From Mobula hypostoma (Eukaryota), in contig NC_086106.1 of assembly GCF_963921235.1 (NCBI RefSeq), positions 25,792,001 through 25,856,000 of the forward strand: a stretch of DNA of 64,000 bases. The letters run 5' to 3'. Positions 60,045-64,000 of the stretch are shown in pieces. Position 1 is the stretch's first letter, and each line of letters opens with the position of its first letter. Both the position numbers and the translations under genes were made by a program. The notes beneath the pieces were generated by a model, which made no database searches, had not been told where the DNA came from, and worked only from the letters and a program-made list of their open reading frames with translations.

Positions 60045-63000
60045 ATAGACAATAGATGCAGAAGTAGACCATTCGGCCCTTCGATCCCGCACCGCCATTC
60101 TGAAATCATGGCTGATTATCTACTATCAATACCTGACTCCTGCCTTGTCCCCATAGTCCTTGATTCCCCTAACCATAGGATACCTATCTAGCTCCTTCTT
60201 GAAAGCATCCAGAGAATTGGCCTCCACTGCCTTCTGAGGCAGCGCGTTTCACACCTCCACAACTCTCTGGGAGAAGAAGTTCCTCCTCGACACTGTCCTG
60301 AACGACCCACCCCTCATTCTTAAACCATGCCCTCTGGTACTGGACTCTCCCAGCAACTGGAACATATTTCCTGCCTCTATCTTGTCCATTTCCTTAATAA
60401 TCTTATATATCTGAATCAGATCCCCCCTCAAACTCCTTAATTCCAGCGCATACAAGCCCAGTCTCTCTAACCTCTCTGCGTAAGACAGTCCAAACATCCC
60501 AGGAATTAACCTAGTGAACCAACGCTGCACTTCCTCCACAGCCAGGATGTCCCTCCTTAACCCTGGAGACCAAAACTGCACACAATACTCCAGGTGTGGT
60601 CTCACCAGGGCCCTGTATAAATGCAAAAGAATTTCATTGCTTTCATACTCAATTCCCTTTGTAATAAAGGCCAACATTCCATTAGCCTTCCTCACTGCCT
60701 GCTGCACTTGTTCATTCACCTTCAGAGACTGATGAACAAGTACTCCTAGATCTCTTTGTATTTCTCTCTTACCTAACTCCACACCGTTCAGATAATAATC
60801 TGCCTTCCTGTTCTTGCTCCCAAAGTGAATAACCTCACACTTATTCACATTAAACGTCATCTGCCAAGTTTCTGCCCACTCACCCAGCCTATCCAAGTCA
60901 CCTTGAATTCTCCTAACATCCTCATCACATGTCACACTGCCACCCAGCTTAGTATTATCAGCAAACTTGCTGATGTTATTCACAATGCCTTCCTCTAAAT
61001 CATTGACGTAAATTGTAAACAGCTGTGGTCCTAATACCGAGTCCTGTAGCACCCCACTAGTCACCACCTGACATTCCGAGAAACACCCATTCACTGCTAC
61101 CCTTTGCTCTCTATCTGCCAACCAGTTTTCTATCCATGTCAATATCCTCCCCCTAATGCCATGAGCTCTGATTTTACTCACCAATCTCCTATGTGGTACC
61201 TTATCAAATGCCTTCTGAAAGTCTAGGTACATCACATCCACTGGATCTCCCGCGTCTATCTTCCTGGTTACATCCTCGAAAAACTCCAATAGATTAGTCA
61301 AGCATGATTTGCCCTTGGTAAATCCATGCTGGCTCGGCCCAATCCTATCACTGCTATCAAGACATGCTGCTATTTCATCTTTAATAATAGACTCCAGCAT
61401 CTTCCCTACTACTGATGTTAGGCTAACAGGGCGATAGTTCCCTGTTTTCTCCCTCCCTCCTTTCTTAAAAAGTGGGATAACATTAGCCATTCGCCAATCC
61501 TCAGGAACTGATCCTGAATCTAAGGAACGTTGGAAAATTATCACAAATGCATCTGCAATTTCCAGAGCCACCTCCTTTAGTACCCTAGGATGCAGACCAT
61601 CTGGACCTGGGGATTTGTTAGCCTTCAGTCCCATCAGTCTACTCATCACCGTTTCCTTCCTAATATCAATCTCTTTCAGTTCCTCTGTTACCCTATGTCC
61701 TTGGTCCATCCATACATCTGGGAGATTGCTTGTGTCTTCCCTAGTGAAAACAGATCCAAAGTACATATTGAATTCTTCTGCCATTTCTCTGTTTCCCATA
61801 AGAATTTCTCCCAATTCATTCTTCAAGGGCCCAACATTGTTCTTAACTATCTTCCTTCTCTTAACATACCTAAAAAAAAATTTGCTATCCTCCTTTATAG
61901 CCTTTTTAGTTAAGTTCTGTTGCTCCTTAAAAATTTCCCAATCATCCGTCTTTCCACTCACCTTAGCTCTGTTATACTTCTTTTTTAATACTATGCTATC
62001 TCTGACTTCCTTTGTCAACCACTGTGGCCAGTTTTCGCCCTTTGAATCCTTGCTTCTCGGGGGGGATGAACTGATTTTGCACCTTGTGCATTATTCCCAA
62101 GAATACCTGCCATTGCTGTTCCACTGTCTTTTCTGCTAGGATATCCGACCAGTCAACTTTGGCCAGCTCCTCCCTCATGGCTCCATGGTCTCCTTTGTTC
62201 AACAGCAATACTGACACTTCTAATCTGCCCTTATCCCTCTCAACTTACAGATAAAAACTTATCATATTATGGTCACTACCTCCTAACGGCTCCTTCACTT
62301 CAAGATCACTTATCAAATCCTGTTTATTGCACAACACTAAATCCAGAATACCCTTATCCCTGGTCGGCTCTCGTACAAGCTGCTCCAAAAAATGCATCCC
62401 GTGGGCACTCTACAAACTCCCTATCCTGAGGTCCAGTACCAACCTGATTTTCCCAGTTCACCTGCATATTGAAATCCCCCATAACTACTGTGACACTTCC
62501 TTTGCCACATGCCATTGTTAACTCCCTATTCAACTTGCACCCAATATCCATGCTACTGTTTGGGGGCCTGTAGATAACACCTATTAGTGTCTTTTTGCCC
62601 TTACTGTTCCTCAGTTCTATCCACACTGACTCTACTTCTCCTAATTCTATGTCCCCCCTTGCAAGGGACTGAATCTCAATTCCTCACGAAACGAACAAGG
62701 CGACACCACCCCCTCTGCCCACCTTTCTGTCCCTTTAATAACGCTTATACACTTGTACATTCAGTTCCCAGGTCTGATCCCCCTGCAGCCATGTTTCCGT
62801 TATCCCAACAACATCATGGTTACCCATTCGCTCCTGAGCTTCAAGCTCATCCGCCTTATTTCTGACACTTCGCGCATTCCGATATAGAATTTTAACCCAT
62901 TTCTCCTCTCTCTGTTTAACTCGGTATTTATTGTGCATAACCCAGCTCCCCGAACTCTCACCGGGCTATACGCCCCTTCAATTTTGTTGTCCTTCTTAAA

Positions 63001-64000
63001 TTTACCTACTCTTTCTGCACATTTAACTCCATGCTCCGTCAGGCCATCCCTCTGCACATGCATCCTCCTTATCACTCATTCCGCCTCACCTTTCTCTATT
63101 TCACACTCAATATTCCGGAACCATGTAGACCTCACCTGTCCATTATACTTCACCTCGCTATACCCTCTCACATTCTGGATCGCTGCCCCCTGCAAATTTA
63201 ATTTAAACCCCCTCCCCAAGCAGCACTAGCAAATTTTCCTGCAAGAATGTTAGTCCCCCTCCAGTTCAGCTGTAAACGGTGCCGTCGGAACAGATCCCAC
63301 CTTCCATGAAACAAAGCCCAATTATCTAAAAACCTGAAGACCTTCCACCTGCACCATCCTCTCAGCCACGTATTGATCTGTATAATCCTTCTGTACCACG
63401 CCTCACTCCCACGTGGCACAGGTAAAAATCCTGAGATTGTTACCCTGGAGGTCCTGCCCTTCAGCTTCGCACCTAACTCCCTGAGCTCATTACGCAGGAC
63501 CCCCTCACTCTTCCTACCAACATCGTTGGTCCCTACATGGACCACAGCAACTGGATTCTTGCCCTCCCTCTCAAGAATAACCTGCACCCGATCTGAGATT
63601 TCCCGGACCCCGGCACCAGGGAGGCAACATACCATCCGATACTCCCGATCTCCCCCACAGAATCTCCTATCTGCCTCCCTGACTATAGAATCCCCTATCA
63701 CTACCGCTGTCCTCTCTTCCCTCCTCCCCTTCTGAGTCGAGGGTCCAACCTCGGTGCCAGAGACAGGACCACTGCAATTTGTTCCTGGTAGGTCATCCCC
63801 ACCAACAGTATCCAAAACGGTATATTTATTGTTGATGGGAATGGCCACAGGGGTGCTCTGCTCTCTCTACCTGCTGCCACTCGATCTTCTGACAGTCACC
63901 CAGTTGCCTACCTCCCGGGTATTTCGGTGTGACTACCTCCCGATAACTCTTATCTATCTCTGTCTCTGCCTCCCGAATGATCCGTAGTTCATCCAGCTCC
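60045..64000 (-). mobile_element. Near full-length CR1 LINE (ORF1 esterase + ORF2 APE/RT), runs off the window
   Basis: ORF1 63848-63198 (VVIGDSIV...HVGTND, SGNH-like); ORF2 fragments 62938-61996; a 589-aa RT segment at 62018-60249; 3' tail near 60045. Confidence 0.93.

Noticed and set aside
36-63987. Most short ORFs in the supplied track (for example LSLSLS/RERERE or N-containing ORFs)
   Set aside because: They are microsatellite read-throughs, antisense frames of LINEs and V genes, or span gaps; no independent coding evidence.
1-64000. NAR-TCR cassette, IgH-like (TAILV) V, or D/J segments
   Set aside because: No IgNAR/VH-type V exons, no 12-RSS-flanked segments and no FGXG-type J with donor and RSS were found. 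Other isolated CACTGTG heptamers checked (13699, 46308, 56488, 57407) lack nonamers at 12 or 23 bp.

Overview
Vertebrate genomic DNA, most likely from a cartilaginous fish (batoid-like; inferred from the repeat content and V-gene style). The window is part of a tandem array of T-cell receptor V gene segments, most consistent with the TCR alpha/delta locus. All are on the minus strand, built as a 46-nt leader exon, a ~85-bp intron, a ~289-301-nt V exon and a 23-bp-spacer RSS. I count 13 V exons in three sequence families (A, B, C). Three are intact (18.2 kb, 45.2 kb, 56.7 kb), one carries a single-base frameshift (5.9 kb) and nine are clear pseudogenes; there are also orphan leader, promoter and 3'-flank remnants. 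No D, J or C segments were seen. The array grew by segmental duplication (roughly 11-35 kb vs 46-59.7 kb) and is interleaved with CR1, Rex1/Babar and RTE LINEs, Penelope-like elements with hammerhead ribozyme motifs, a solo LTR and two hAT/Buster derivatives. The most notable unexplained structures are: (i) a co-oriented CTCF-like motif just beyond almost every RSS, paired with an E-box at a nearly invariant 55-57 bp offset; (ii) an unpaired extra cysteine ancestral to all three V families; (iii) Buster ends with mismatched target sites, indicating transposon-driven deletion of V cassettes.
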